A DNA stretch of 64,000 nucleotides from Isurus oxyrinchus. Lineage: Eukaryota. Where the stretch lies: positions 1,550,001 to 1,614,000 of the forward strand of contig JANJGN010000071.1 of assembly GCA_026770705.1 (NCBI GenBank). The letters run 5' to 3'. The position numbers and the translations under genes were made by a program. The number at the start of each line of letters is the position of its first letter. Within the stretch, counting starts at the first letter, position 1. Positions 12,639-25,190 of this stretch are shown here, in pieces. The notes beneath the pieces were generated by a model. That model was not told where the DNA came from and did no database searches. It worked only from the letters and a program-made list of their open reading frames with translations.

Positions 12639-15600
12639 ATGATTGGAAAATCTTACTTCCTCCTGTCACTTCTCCAAGGTAATATCATCGACAGCTCGGT
12701 CAGATTTATGGTTAATAGCCTTTGTAAAAGATCATTCTTATTGAACTGTGATTGGGAACCGATTCAGCAGTGAGCCAGTGTACAAACTCACACCAAGTCC
12801 CATTCACCTATCAACCCTAAACTATCTGACTCCTGGTCCTACAACATCTCAAACTTAAAATTCACATCTCTTTGTTCAAATGCATCCATTGCCTCACACT
12901 GCCTCCTTATCTCTGTAACCTCCTGCAACTCTCCCAACCAACGTCCCAGATCTCTGTGTTACTCCAATTCCGGCCTCTTGACAATCCCCCGATTCCCATC
13001 ACTCCAATACTGGCGGCCGGACCTTCAGCTGCCTGGGGCCTGAGCTCTGGAATTCACTCCCTAAACCTCGGGGATGTAGGAGATCAGAGGGTTTCATTTT
13101 ACTGAAAATCACCACGACCACATCACAGCTGCAGTCAGAATAGACAGAGAGTCCAGCCCTCGCACTTCCTGCACAGTTTCACCATAGCAACCACAATAAG
13201 GAAGTAAAATAACTGAAAGTTAAACCGAAGCTCAACCAGTCAGTGTAGAGAGATGAGATATTTACACAGTTTCCCTGTGTGTCTTGTAGACACTGTGTTG
13301 GGTGGAAGACTGGCTTCACTAAACAGGGTCCTGAGGACCATGAGCCAATGTAGAATGAACTTGTCCATTCCTGTGTCCAGGATTCTCTTCTATCCATTGT
13401 GAAACACTGGGGAGATCCCTGTGTGTCCTGTAGATGGTCCACACTGCAGCCACTGTGCCCCAGTGATGGAGGGGGTGGATATCGAGTCTAGTGGATCTAC
13501 AAACCATCCAGAGTTAAATATTGATACTTCTCTCCCCAGTTGGACTGTCACAAGAGTGGAAAGGTGACAGTCCACGAGAGGTGACAGCGCAGGAAGGTTC
13601 GTGTGTACAGATTCCATGTCATTACAGTTATCCAGCACATTTGGAAAATCAACCGCGAGGTGAAGTCTGGTTTAATAATGAGAATCAGATTCCCTGGGCT
13701 CCCATTGCCTTTCACTCCAAGGATCACAGTCACGAGTTACCATGGTTCCACCATCGGACCCGGCTGTCTGGAGACCTGAAAGATGGCGACTGTTCCCTGA
13801 TTATAAACAACATCAGATGGGAAGATGCAGGACCTTATTTTTTCAGAATAAAATTTGACAATGGTCGAGCCATAACTATTACCCTGTAACCCAGCTTCAT
13901 GTTTCTGGTAAGTGCTGTGTTATAATTACTCAACAATTCACATTCAACACTCAATGGGAAATAACACAAAGTGTGACGTTTACATATTAACACAAAACAC
14001 AGCTTATTATAACACACTGTCTGATTCTCAATAACCTGGTGATAGCTTCCAGTTCAGTCCGAAAGCAACGTCTAATACTCACTTTAATATCAATGATGAA
14101 AAGCATTAACTGTATTATCAGGTTATCCACTCCCATCAATCTCTCCTGTCCTGTTTAAAAGTCTGACGTATCGATAAAAGAAAGATGTGCATTTCTGCAG
14201 CGCAATTTACCACCTCAGGAGGATCCAAATCCATTCACAGCCAATGAAATTATTCCTGAATTGTAGTCACAGATGTTAAACACAGCAGGCAGTTTGTGCA
14301 CAGCAAGATCCAACAAACACAATGTAATAAATCACCCAGATCACTGAGGAAATGAGAAGCCAGTGAACTCAAACCTCTGGTCTGATGAAGAGTCATACGG
14401 ACTCGAAACGTTAACCCTGTCTTCCTCTCCACTGATACTGTCAGACCTGCTGAGTCTTTCCAGCAATTTTTGTTTTTGTTTCAGATTTCCAGCATCCGCA
14501 GTATTCTGCTTTTAACTCCAATCTCTGGTCTGAGCCTCTTCTCTCATCCAGTGTTCTCAATTCACATGTCTCGGAGTGAACGTGTATTAAGCTGAGAGAC
14601 AGAAACACTACTGCCAAAGAGCAAGAAAATCTTTCCTGATCATTGTAACCTCTCAGTTCTGATATCATCCTTGTAAAAGTGCTTTCTCTTGTGGGACTGT
14701 GGTTTCTATTTGAACTGATGCTTCACATTATATTTCTCTAAAAGGATCCATTCTCTGTCTGTTAGATTTCACAGATAAACCCACGATATTCCCTGCTGAA
14801 ATTATTGCAGGAAAGCGTGTGGATGTAAGCTGCACCTTCAACACAACGTGCAATGGAACAGCAGCACCTGTCTTAACCTGGGACACTCCCACTGATGTAC
14901 CTGGATCAGTCTCAAACACTGTAACTCAGCATGGTGTCACTCTGTCCTATACTTCTGTTCTGACCCTGATCCCATCACTCAAACACCACGGACACACTCT
15001 CAGCTGCAGAGTGAGATATCCATCTGTTTCATCGGAGCGGACCCTCGTACTAACAGTGCAAGGTAATTACATACACCTTTCATTCTACATCAGCACTCCC
15101 TCAGCGCAGACCCTCTGACAGTGCAGCCCATTCTCAGTATCCACATTCTAAGGCCTCTCTAAGTGCTTCAAAGTCGATAGAAGTTAATTGATCTTTATTT
15201 GATTATTGCTGAATGAAGAGACAAGCTGTCTAAACTTTACATCTCGCACACACCATTCTCCATGGCAACACCTCCACCTATCAGAGTCCACTTGCCAACC
15301 AATCAGCACTCTCTTCCCATTAAGTATAAATTGTTGTTCACTTTCTGTTGATAATCCTGTGAACGGGCTTCTTGATTCCTGCCATGACATCTGAATGTCC
15401 AAATGAACAGAACAAGTTCCAACAATGAGCTGTGGTTGGTGATTCCTCATGTTACATCCAGGGACACTGGAGACTATCAGTGTGTGTCAGAGAATGAACA
15501 TGGAGCAGTGGATGGGTTCATAACCATCAGTGTGGAACGTGAGTTACACAGACTTCAACATCTCTCTCAGATTTGAACACTACACAAACACCATCGAACA

Positions 15601-17346
15601 TACACACCTAAATAGACACGTGCAGACACACATATATGACCACACACAAAGACACACTCACACACAAACACTAACACTCACTCCCTCATGGGTTACCTGA
15701 CCTCCCTCAGTACTGCACTGGAGGTTGGCCTGAATTCTGGGATTTGTGTTCCCATTCATATTTATGGAAGAATATGGAAATTACTATTACAGACACTCAG
15801 ATGCATAGAGGCTCTCACAGATACTCTCTGCGTCTCCAACTCTCTCTCTCCTTTTAAGAAGCTTCCTGAAACCTAACCCTTTGACGAATCACCAACCTAA
15901 TTCTTCCTTATCTGATTCTGTGTGATTTTCTTTGTGTATCTGAGAGTAAGAGAGAGTTGGAGAGGTTTAGGAAGAGAATTCCTGCTGGTGAAAAGCTTAC
16001 ATAATGTTCTCACTATTTCCGTGCACATAATTCCCATTATGTGCAATGCCCCTGTTTATAATGATGACTGCCTATGTAAACGTCACGCTGTAGTTACAGC
16101 CTCCCACCAGTGGTGGCATTGTAGCCCTTCATCCTTGTGTTTCCCAGCTTTCCCAGCAACTCCACTTCCCAGTTTGCTACACAAGCTGTGAGTTCATCGG
16201 AATTCAATTATTTCTCAAACGGTGGATTTGATGTCATTTTATTGAAAACTTCCTCAGCGCCTCCCTGAAGGGTTTACACTCTCCGGGTGGCAGGAATAGG
16301 CTGGATGTTGGGGAGTTCATCTTTTCCCAGAGAGTAGGGATCCTTGGGAATGTGCTGTCAGTGGGTGTGGTGGTTGCTGTTTCTCTGTCACCTTCAAGAG
16401 GGATCTGGAGTGGTTACTGACTGGGGGAGAGATCATGGAAGCGGAGAATGATACAGCACATGAGGAGGCCATTCAGCCCATTGAGACTGTGCCAGGTCTT
16501 TCAATGTTCTATCCCATCAGATCCACTAACCACCACTCCACTTTGCCCCGATCTTCCTCCTTCAAGTGTTTATCCAATTTCCCTTTTGAAAGTTCCTATT
16601 GAATCTGCTTCCACCGCCCTTTCAGGCAGAACCTTCCAGATCACAACAACTCGCTCTGTCAAAACAAATTCTCCTCATCTCCCCCTCCGGTTCGTCAATC
16701 TGTGTCCCTCTGGTTACCGACCCTCCTGCCCCTTAAATACATCGATACTGTTCACCTCGACCACTCCCTGTGGGAGCGAGTTCCACATTCTCCCCTCTCT
16801 CTGGGTAAAGATTGGACCTGTTTATTAAGCGGGGGGTGTAAGTCCATGGGGGAGTCCATCTCGATCTTGCCCGATTCGCACACGCGTCCGAGATGGATTT
16901 CTACCCTGCACTAAACGTTTCCAGAATTTTCTACAGCACAATCCTGTACACAGCGATGGAGAGAAACATTGGACAGGGAGTCCAACAGCACAATGATCCA
17001 TTCTCACCAATGTTCCACGCTAAGGGGAAAGTTCCGATTGTCCACTCTTAAAGTGTTTACAATGAAAACATTCATTCCACATTGAATCCCAGTGGATGGG
17101 TCAATATTACAGCAAATGTTGCAGTGATATGAAGCTTGATTGTTCAGCCAGAGTGAGAGATTGAAAGCGGAGAGTCAGTGATGATTTCTTTCTGTGTGTT
17201 CTCTAGACAGTGGAGGAGAGATTCTGCACGTGATCCTGATCCTGGGAATACGAGCTGTGATATTCCTTGTGGCTGTGGTTATCACTATCGCTGGAGTCTG
17301 TGTCTGGGAGAGACAAACAGTGAAAGGAAGTCGACAGACTGTTTGA
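12639..17346 (+). pseudogene. Gene C: disrupted activating-type Siglec-like gene (leader 12639-12678, V 13540-13907, D2 14766-15062, C2 remnant ~15385-15538, Arg-TM 17207-17346)
   Basis: 1-nt deletion near V exon end gives TAA at 13887-13889; 5' half of C2 exon replaced by repeat-like sequence; leader, D2 and TM exons intact. Confidence 0.8.
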
Positions 17347-18680
17347 AGATTTGTGCAGCAACAGTCTCATCATGGAACAGAAGGACGGCATTCGGCCCAT
17401 CGACTCCATGCTGTCTCTCTGTAGAGCAATCCAGTCAGTCCCATTCCCCCGCTCTATCCCCGTATCCCTTCAAGTTTATTTCCCCTCAAGTGTCCATCCA
17501 ATTTCCTTTTGAAATCGTTCATCGTCTCCGCTTCCACCATCCTCGTAGGCAGCGAGTTCCAGCTCATTACCACTCGCTGTGTAAAAAAGTTCCTCCTCAC
17601 ATCACCCCCTGTCCAAATCCTTCAATCTGTGTCCCCCAGTCCTTGTCCCATCAGCTAATGGCAACAGCTTCTCTTTGTCTACCTTATCTAAACCCATCAT
17701 CATCTTGTACACCTCGATCAGATCCCCCCTCAATCTCCTTTGCTCCAAGCAGAACAACCCCAGCTTCTCCAACCCAACCTTGTAGCTAAAATCCCTCATC
17801 CCTGGACCCATTCTGCTCAATCTCCTCCCCACCCTCTCAAGGACCCTCACTTCCTTCCCAAAGTGAGGAGACCAGAACTGGACACAATACTCTAGTTGTG
17901 ACCTAACCAGAGCTTTATAAATGTTCAGCATAACCTCCCTGTGTTTGTTCTCAATCCCTCCATTTATGAAAAGCTTATTCTTTCCATCAGCACAAACAGC
18001 AATTTCCAAGCGGACTCCCATCAGCAGACAGAGTGCAATGAAACATCGGCATGCCTGCTTCTTAATGTACGGAGAGAAACCTGGAACGAGAGATTCTCCT
18101 TCTTCTCCTCAGCAAGCTGAAACTTTTCCTTATACCTGGTGCTCCCCAGTCCTGCTGTGTGGACACATCATAACCACGGCATTGTCTGGCTGTGTGCAGC
18201 CAACATGGTCGAATAGGAATGAACAGAAATGTGACGTTGCTAAACTCTGTTCTCTGATTGGAATGAGCTTTCTGAATGCTGCACCTTTTTCATGCTGCGA
18301 TAGATTGTAAGAAGCATTTGGCTTATGAATAAAATTACATTGATTAACTCAAGTGATTAAAATGCTCAGCCTGTTCTGTAGATATTTAAAGATTAAAATT
18401 CTTATTTTGCTGCAAAATTCTTGGCTCAAAGACATTACTTCATGTTGTCACGTTTTCCAATCAGATGATTTCCTCTGTCCATCTTTATAATAGAAATTTC
18501 CAATGTAAACATGTCACATTGTAACTGCACACTCTTGCCAGTGGGTGGTGTGATATCAAAGCTGTCTTGCTGCTGAGAAACAGCGAGAAATATTCCTGTT
18601 GTGTGCATGAACTTCATGTTAGCATGAGACACAGGCATCAGATGCAATTTTGTGCAATTTGTACAATGTTCTTTAGACAG
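15130..18680 (+). repeat. Segmental duplicate of ~2715-6330 (3' half of activating gene)
   Basis: Colinear high identity including introns, TM exon, LINE insertion and AATAAA (5992-5997 and 18328-18333). Confidence 0.9.
17370..17972 (-). mobile_element. CR1 LINE 3' fragment (co-duplicated with 5045-5635)
   Basis: Same peptide and same junction with downstream unique sequence. Confidence 0.88.
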
Positions 18681-19125
18681 CGCAGCACTCCCTCAGTACT
18701 GACCCTCCAACAGCGCAGCACTCCCTCAGTTCAGACCCTCCTACAGTGCAGCACTCCTTCAGATCAGACCCTCCGACAATGCAGCACTCCCTCAGTTCAA
18801 ACCCTCCGACAGTGCAGCACTCCCTCAGTTCAGACCCTCCGACTGTGCAGCACTCCCTCAGTTCAAACCCTCAGACAGTGCAGCACTCCCTCAGTTCAGA
18901 ACCTCCGACAGTGCAGCACTCTCTCAGTTCAAACCATCCGACAGTGCAGCACTCCCTCAGTTCAAACCCTCCGACAGTGCAGCTCTCCCTCAGTTCAAAC
19001 CCTCCGACAGTGCAGCACTCCCTCAGTTCAGAGCCTCCGACAGTGCAGCACTCCCTCAGCTCAGACCCTTCGACAGTGCAGCACTCCCTCAGTACTGAAC
19101 CTCCGACAGTGCCGCACTACCTCAG
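18676..19125 (+). repeat. 33-bp minisatellite
   Basis: Tandem copies. Confidence 0.9.
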
Positions 19126-21879
19126 TTCTTCTCCGCCGATGCTGCCAGACCTGCTGAGTTTTTCCAGGTATTTCTGTTTCTGTTTCTGTTTTGGATTTCC
19201 AGCATCTGCAGTTTTTTTGCTTTTAGTGCTGGGCAGTTCCTCAGCAAGGATTCGGGCCACAAAACATTGCGAGTGCTGTGGGTCTGCGCCACGATTTAGA
19301 GAGCTGTGCTTGGCACGCCTATTCTAGTCCCAGTCCAGTGTGGTGGGGACAGCCTGGCAGTCCTGGGTTGGTGGTGCCCAGCATGGTGTGCAGGACGTGG
19401 TCAGTCCCTCACACACGTCGGTCCTGGGGGTGGGTGGCTTGATACTAGGCCGCAGGTGGCACAATCCCAGTCAGGGGAGGCATCTGCAGCCTGTCAGTGG
19501 GGAGCAGGTAATATAGAGAGTAGGGGTGGGGGTGGGAATCGAGGGGGGCCGGTGGTCTCTGTAAGTCACAGTACAATGGGCCTCTAGTTGGAGAGAGGTC
19601 AGGTCTACATGGGGCATTGGGATGTCAACATCAGACAGTCTAGGGAGGAGGACTGGGATGTCAACCCCGAACACAATAAGATCAAGGATTAGAGAGGAAG
19701 GGAAGAGACTGATTGGAAGGAGGGGAATGTGCACATTATGCTCCTCCAGCACGATGGGAGGGACTGTGTTGGTTACGGGGGTTGGGGGGGAGTGAAGTGG
19801 GAGGGGATAGAAGCTTACCTGGTGGTATTGCCTCAGCCTCACCCTTTTTCAAGCTGATCCAATGTCGCAGTTGAAGAATAAGCTACAAAACAAATTGGCA
19901 GGGGAGGTCTCCCAGGGCCTGTGGGAGACATCACCCACTGCATCTTCGGCCTGTTTGAAGGGGCACCCGAACAATTCCGGCTTTTCCAAATGATGAGGAA
20001 GACACAGCTGCACCCCGAGTCCCCTACTGGGGTTCCAGAAGGTTGCAATAGTGCTGCGAGGGACTCATGGGCTCCACAGTGACTCCCTAATTAGCGACTG
20101 GAAGGTTTATGTTCATTTATCTTTATTATCCGTTCATATTGAGCAATGGAGCTCCTGATTTGTCACCTTTCTGTACCTCGTCCAATGCTTCTGTTATCAG
20201 GACTTCCACATCGATGTGAAAGAGCCATGATGATAGCAGACAGTCGCACAATGGGAATGGCACTAGGCCAGTGATCCAGAGGCCCAGGTGAATGCTTTGA
20301 AGGCACGGGTTCAAATCCCTCCACGGCAGCTGGAGGAATTTCAATTCGATTAATCAATAAATTTAATTGATTGATACATTTTTTTCTTATTCATTTCAGG
20401 GATGTTGGTGTCGCTGACTAGGCCAGTATTTGTTGCCCATCCCCAATTGCCTTTGAGAACATCTGGATATCTGAGTTAGGATCAGGAGTAGGTCACTCAG
20501 TCCCTCGAACCTGCTCCGCCATTCAGTAAGATCATGGCTGATCTGATTGTCACCTCAACCTCACGTTTTTGTTTTGGATTTCCAGCATCCACAGTTTTCT
20601 TTGTTTTTATAGAGAAATGCAAGTCCTCTTTGTCTTTCACTTGATCCTCTAAGGTGTCTGTTGATTAACCAGCCTCTCGGTGTATGATGTAGGCCTGGTT
20701 ATAAACTGTTAGAAGGATCAAATATCAAAAGTGCTTTGGCTGACAGTCAAACCGATTGTGCATTCGGAGAGATTAGATACGGTCTGCGCACAATGACTCC
20801 AGTCTCTGGCACTGACTGCCGCCTGGGGTCTCCCTTCCACATAACACTCACAACTTGCATTTACACAGCGCCTCTGACATTGCAAAATGTCCCAACCCAC
20901 ATTACCGGAGCGTAAATCAGAGAGAAGTCTAACACTGAGTCACATATGGAGATATTAGGGATAGGTGACCAAAAGCTTGGTCAAAGATGTCAGTTTTTAA
21001 GGAGCGTCTTAAAGGAGAGAGAGAGAGAGAGGCAGAGAGGTTAAGGGAGGGTATTCCGGAGCTCAGGGCCCCAGGCAGCTGAAGGCACGGCCACCAATGG
21101 TGGAGCGATGGGAATCAGGGGGACCCGGGAGATGCAGGAATTTCAGAGATTTTGGAGGAACATCGGGACCGGAGGAGGTGTTCTCCTGCTCCATATCTCT
21201 CTCTCTCTTCCTCTCATCCACTCCTCCTCTCCCTGTCTCTCTCTCTCCTACTCTTCCGCTCAATTGCCCTCTCTCCCAATCTTTCTCTCCTCTCTCCCTT
21301 TTCCTGTCTCTCTCCCTCTCTCTCCCCTGTCTCCTTCTCCCACTCTGTATCTCTCCCTCTCTCTCACACTATTTTTGTACCTTTCGCTCACTCTGTAACT
21401 CTCCCTTTCCTGTTAATTTCTCTCTCTTGGACAATCTCTCTTCCCTTTTCACTTTCCCTCACTCTGCATCTCTTTAATTTCTCCCTCTGTCACTCTCTCC
21501 CACCTATGTTCTTTCCCTTTCACCCCTCCCCGTCCCACTCTCTGTCTCTCTCTTCCAATCCCTCCCTCCCCCATTCCATCCCTCTCTCCGACTCTCGACT
21601 CCCAGCCTCTCTTTAACCCACTCCCAGGCTGGATCAGTCTCCCTCTCACTATTCCCGGCGTGGGTTACATTTAAAATTCCTGTGGGGATATGTTCACTTC
21701 CTTGGAATTGCCTCTTCCCAGCTTTGCAAAAAAAGGGGGCGGGGGGGGTTCGATTTCAAACATGCCTCCTGAGTATAACCGAGACAGACTGCCACTGAAA
21801 TCAGCTTGAAATCAGAAAACTTTCTGTGGAAGAAACGAGCAGGGAGAAACCTTAAAATAAGGAATGAATTTCCACCTAC

Positions 21880-21936
21880 CGTGTCCGGGGAATCCACAGA
21901 TTTCTCAATCGTCGAAGAACCTAAAGCAGTGTCAAC
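21880..21936 (-). CDS. Putative exon 2 of the same gene (VDTALGSSTIEKSVDSPDT, propeptide-like)
   Basis: ctttttgcag| 57 nt |gtaggt, phase 0-0. Confidence 0.45.
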
Positions 21937-22344
21937 CTGCAAAAAGAAAGAATTTATCAGGGAGAAAGTGAGAGGAGGATTGAGGGAGAGGGAGAGAGAG
22001 AGAGAGAGGTACAGGAGAGAGAGGGGGAGGAGGACAGACTTGCATTTCTCTAACGCCTTTCACCACATCCCAAAGCATTTCACAGCCACTGAAGGATGTT
22101 TTTGAAGTGCACTCACACTGTAGGAAATGTGGCAGCTGATTTGTGCACAGCAAGATCCCACAAATAGCAATGTGATCATGGCCTAGATCATCTGTTTTTG
22201 GTGATGTTGGGTGAGGGATAAATATTGGTCCCAGGACACCGGGGAGAACACCCCCTGCTCTTCCTCCAAATAGTGGCTGTGGGATCTTTCACACCCGCCC
22301 GAGAGGGCAGACGGGGGACTCGGTTTAATGTCTCATTCAACATT

Positions 22345-22690
22345 GTTGTGCTCCCTCAGTACTAACCCTTTGACACTGCAGCACTCCCTCAGTATTAACC
22401 CTTCGATAGTGCTGCGCTCCCTCAGTACTGTCCCTCCGTCAGTGCAGCTCTATTTCAGTACTAACCCTTCGACACAGCAGCACTCCCTCAGTACTAACCC
22501 TTCGATAGTGCTGCACTCCCACAGTATTGTCCCTCCGTCAGTGCAGCGCTCCCTCAGTACTGACCCTCCGACACAGCAGCACTCCCTCAGTACTGACCTC
22601 CGACAGTATAGCACTCACTCAGTACTGTCCCTCCAATAGTGCAACACTTCCACACTACTGACCCTGTGACAGTGCAGCACTCCCTCAGCA
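22345..22690 (+). repeat. 33-bp minisatellite
   Basis: Tandem copies. Confidence 0.85.
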
Positions 22691-22754
22691 CGGAGTGTTG
22701 ACCGACGTTATGGGACTGAATTCCCTGGAGTGAGACACAGACCAGAGATTTAGG

Positions 22755-23610
22755 TAGGGTTGTTCCGGCTGGAGGAGGTTACAGAGATAGAGAGGGTTGT
22801 AGAGGCTGTAGGAGGTAACAGAGATAGGGAGGGTTCTAGAGGCTGTAGGAGGTGACAGAGATAGGGAAGGTTGTAGGGGCTGTAGGAGGTTACAGAGATA
22901 GGGAGGTGAGTAGGGGCTGTAGGAGGTTAGTGAGATGGGGGGGGTTGTGGGGGCTGGAGGAGGTTACAGAGGTAAGGAGGGTTGTAGAGGCTGGAGGAGG
23001 TTACCAAAATAGATACTGCTGTAGGGGCCACAGTAGGTTACAGAGATAGGGAGAGTTATAGTGTGGAGAGGACGTTATAGAGTTCATGAGCATTGTAGGG
23101 GCTGGAGGAGGTTACAGTGATTCTGAGGGTCGTGGGGCCTGGAGGAGGTTACAGAGATAGGGAGGGTTGTAGGGTCTGGAGGAGGTTACAGAGATAGGGA
23201 GGGTTGTAGGGTCTAGAGGAGGTTACAGTGATCATGAGGGTTGTGGGGCCTGGGGGAGGTTACAGAGATAGGGAGGTTTATACGGGCTGGAGGAGGTTAC
23301 AGAGATAGGGAGGGTTGTAGGGGCTGGAGGAGGTTACGGAGATAGGGAGTGTTGTAGGGGCTGGAGGAGGTAACAGAGATAGGGACAGTTGTAGGGGCTG
23401 GAGGAAATTACAGAGATGGGGATTGTTGTAGGGACTGGAGGAGGTTACAGATATAGGGAGGGGTGTAGGGGCTGGAGGAGGTTACAGAGATAGGGAGGGT
23501 TGTAGCGGCTGGAGGAGGTTACAGAGATAGGGAGGGTTGTAGGGGCTGGAGGAGTTTACAGAGATAGGGAGGGTTGTACGGGCTGGAGGAGGTTACAGAG
23601 ATAGGGAGTG
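22755..23610 (-). repeat. 37-bp minisatellite (CTGTAACCTCCTCCAGCCCCTACAACCCTCCCTATCT)
   Basis: Tandem copies; also 8360-8660 and 26260-26510 on the plus strand. Confidence 0.9.
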
Positions 23611-23809
23611 GCTGAGGAGGGATTGAAAACAAGAATGAGAATTTCAGGGGAAACGACAGAAGGAAATGATGTTAAATTCATAGAGGGCGACAATATTAAA
23701 GGCACGAACATAATAATATCAAACTGCGGAAGTGACCAGTCTATCTGGGTGGTAGATGTAGAGTCATGTGCAAGAAACACCTCACCCAGAGGGACATCTC
23801 TTAGCTTAC

Positions 23810-23887
23810 CCTCGACAAGGAGAAGAAGTGACTCAGCTGCAGGGAGAGCAGCAAAGTCAGAGTGAACAAGACAAGTCGCCATTTCAT
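23810..23887 (-). CDS. Signal-peptide exon of a small secreted-protein gene (MKWRLVLFTLTLLLSLQLSHFFSLSR), hepcidin-like candidate
   Basis: 78 nt, phase-0 donor AGG|gtaagc, TATAAGA ~90 nt upstream; different frame from the ORF track call. Confidence 0.55.
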
Positions 23888-23972
23888 CTGGGAGCTTCCC
23901 ATCTCTGCCTGTCTCTTCTGATCTTCTGGCTCTGCTTTGATGCTTTGGTTTGTAACTAGAGGAGCTTCCTGC

Positions 23973-24185
23973 TCTTATACCTGAAACACTTGAAGGGGAC
24001 AGCCGGGGGCGGTTTGCTGTGTGGTATCACACCCATTTCTGGATATTGCAGTGTCGATGTTCCCTGTCCCACTGGCCTGGGACCAGCAGTAAGGTCACTG
24101 GGACATTGACTGTCTGGCGCCGAGAACTGTCAGTCCCTCCGCAACGCCCTTCACCTTGTGCAAATATGTGTTCATATTGACGCAA
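23973..24185 (-). promoter_or_regulatory. Promoter: TATAAGA, GC box, GGCGCC (BMP-RE-like) next to GTCT, C/EBP-like sites
   Basis: TATA 23973-23979; GGGGGCGG 24005-24012; TGTCTGGCGCC 24111-24121; TTGTGCAA 24156-24163; TTGACGCAA 24177-24185. Confidence 0.45.
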
Positions 24186-24559
24186 CACAACATAGCAAAA
24201 ACAGAGGGGCTGGTTCTTATGTCGGCAAATCAGGTGAAGCGCACGCCCCCTAACCCCTTACTCCTCTCATTGCTACACTTACTATTTTACAAATTGTGTG
24301 CGTTGCTTTTATTTTGGACAAGGGGCCTCGAGGGGGAACTGATTTACGCTGAGGTTTCAGGGTTAACAGCCATGTCATGTGTTGATCGGTCAGTGTTTAC
24401 CATGTGGAGACTGTCTGTCACCAGCTTTGTTCATGGTTTATCCAGGAACATTGAAGGGCATGAACGTTCTTGCTTTGTATGGAACAAGTCACCAACTGGG
24501 TTCAGTCTTCGACTCAGACTCACATCAACATAAACTGGCTTCTGACAGGTAAGTTTCTA

Positions 24560-25190
24560 TTACATGAGGGTAGGAGGAGGCCATTTGGCCCCTCGAGCCT
24601 GCTCCACCATTCAATGAGATCATGGCTGATCTGCAAACTAGCCCCATATGGCTTTGTCCCATCTCCTTTAATACCTTTGGATAACAAAAATCTATCAGTC
24701 TCACAGGTTTAAAATGAACAACTTGATCGTGCATCAGTTTCAGTTTGGGGAAGACCGTTCCAAATTTCTCCCACCCTTTGTACTTCCTAATTTCACTCCT
24801 GAAAGGTCAGCCTCTCCTTTTTAGGCTCTGACCCCGAGTCCCAGACTCCCCCCAACCAGGGGAAATGGTTTCTCTTTATCGCCCCCGATCTGTTCCCCTT
24901 AATATCATGCAAACTTTCATCAAATCTCCTGCTTAACATTCTAACTTCCAGGGAATACAAGCCGAGTTTGTGTTTAATCTCTCCTTGTGATTTAACCCTT
25001 GGAGTCCCGGTCTCATTCTGGTAAACTGACACTGCTCTCCCTCCGAGGTCAATATATCCTTCCTAAGGTGTGGGGCCCAGAATGTCTCACAGTGACTCCA
25101 GGTGTGGTCTAGCCAGGGCTTTATGTAGACTGAAGCATGACCTCTGCCCCCTTATATTCTAATCCGTGAGATAGAAAGGGCAGAGTTCCA
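24560..25190 (-). mobile_element. CR1 LINE 3' fragment
   Basis: Degraded ORF2 C-terminus (GLEYKGAEVMLQ; LGLYSLE) and 3' UTR. Confidence 0.75.

Noticed and set aside
20200-20290. Minus-strand FPLCDC as a possible hepcidin mature peptide
   Set aside because: Lies at the end of a SINE-like repeat; lacks CC pairs, a furin site and an acceptor.
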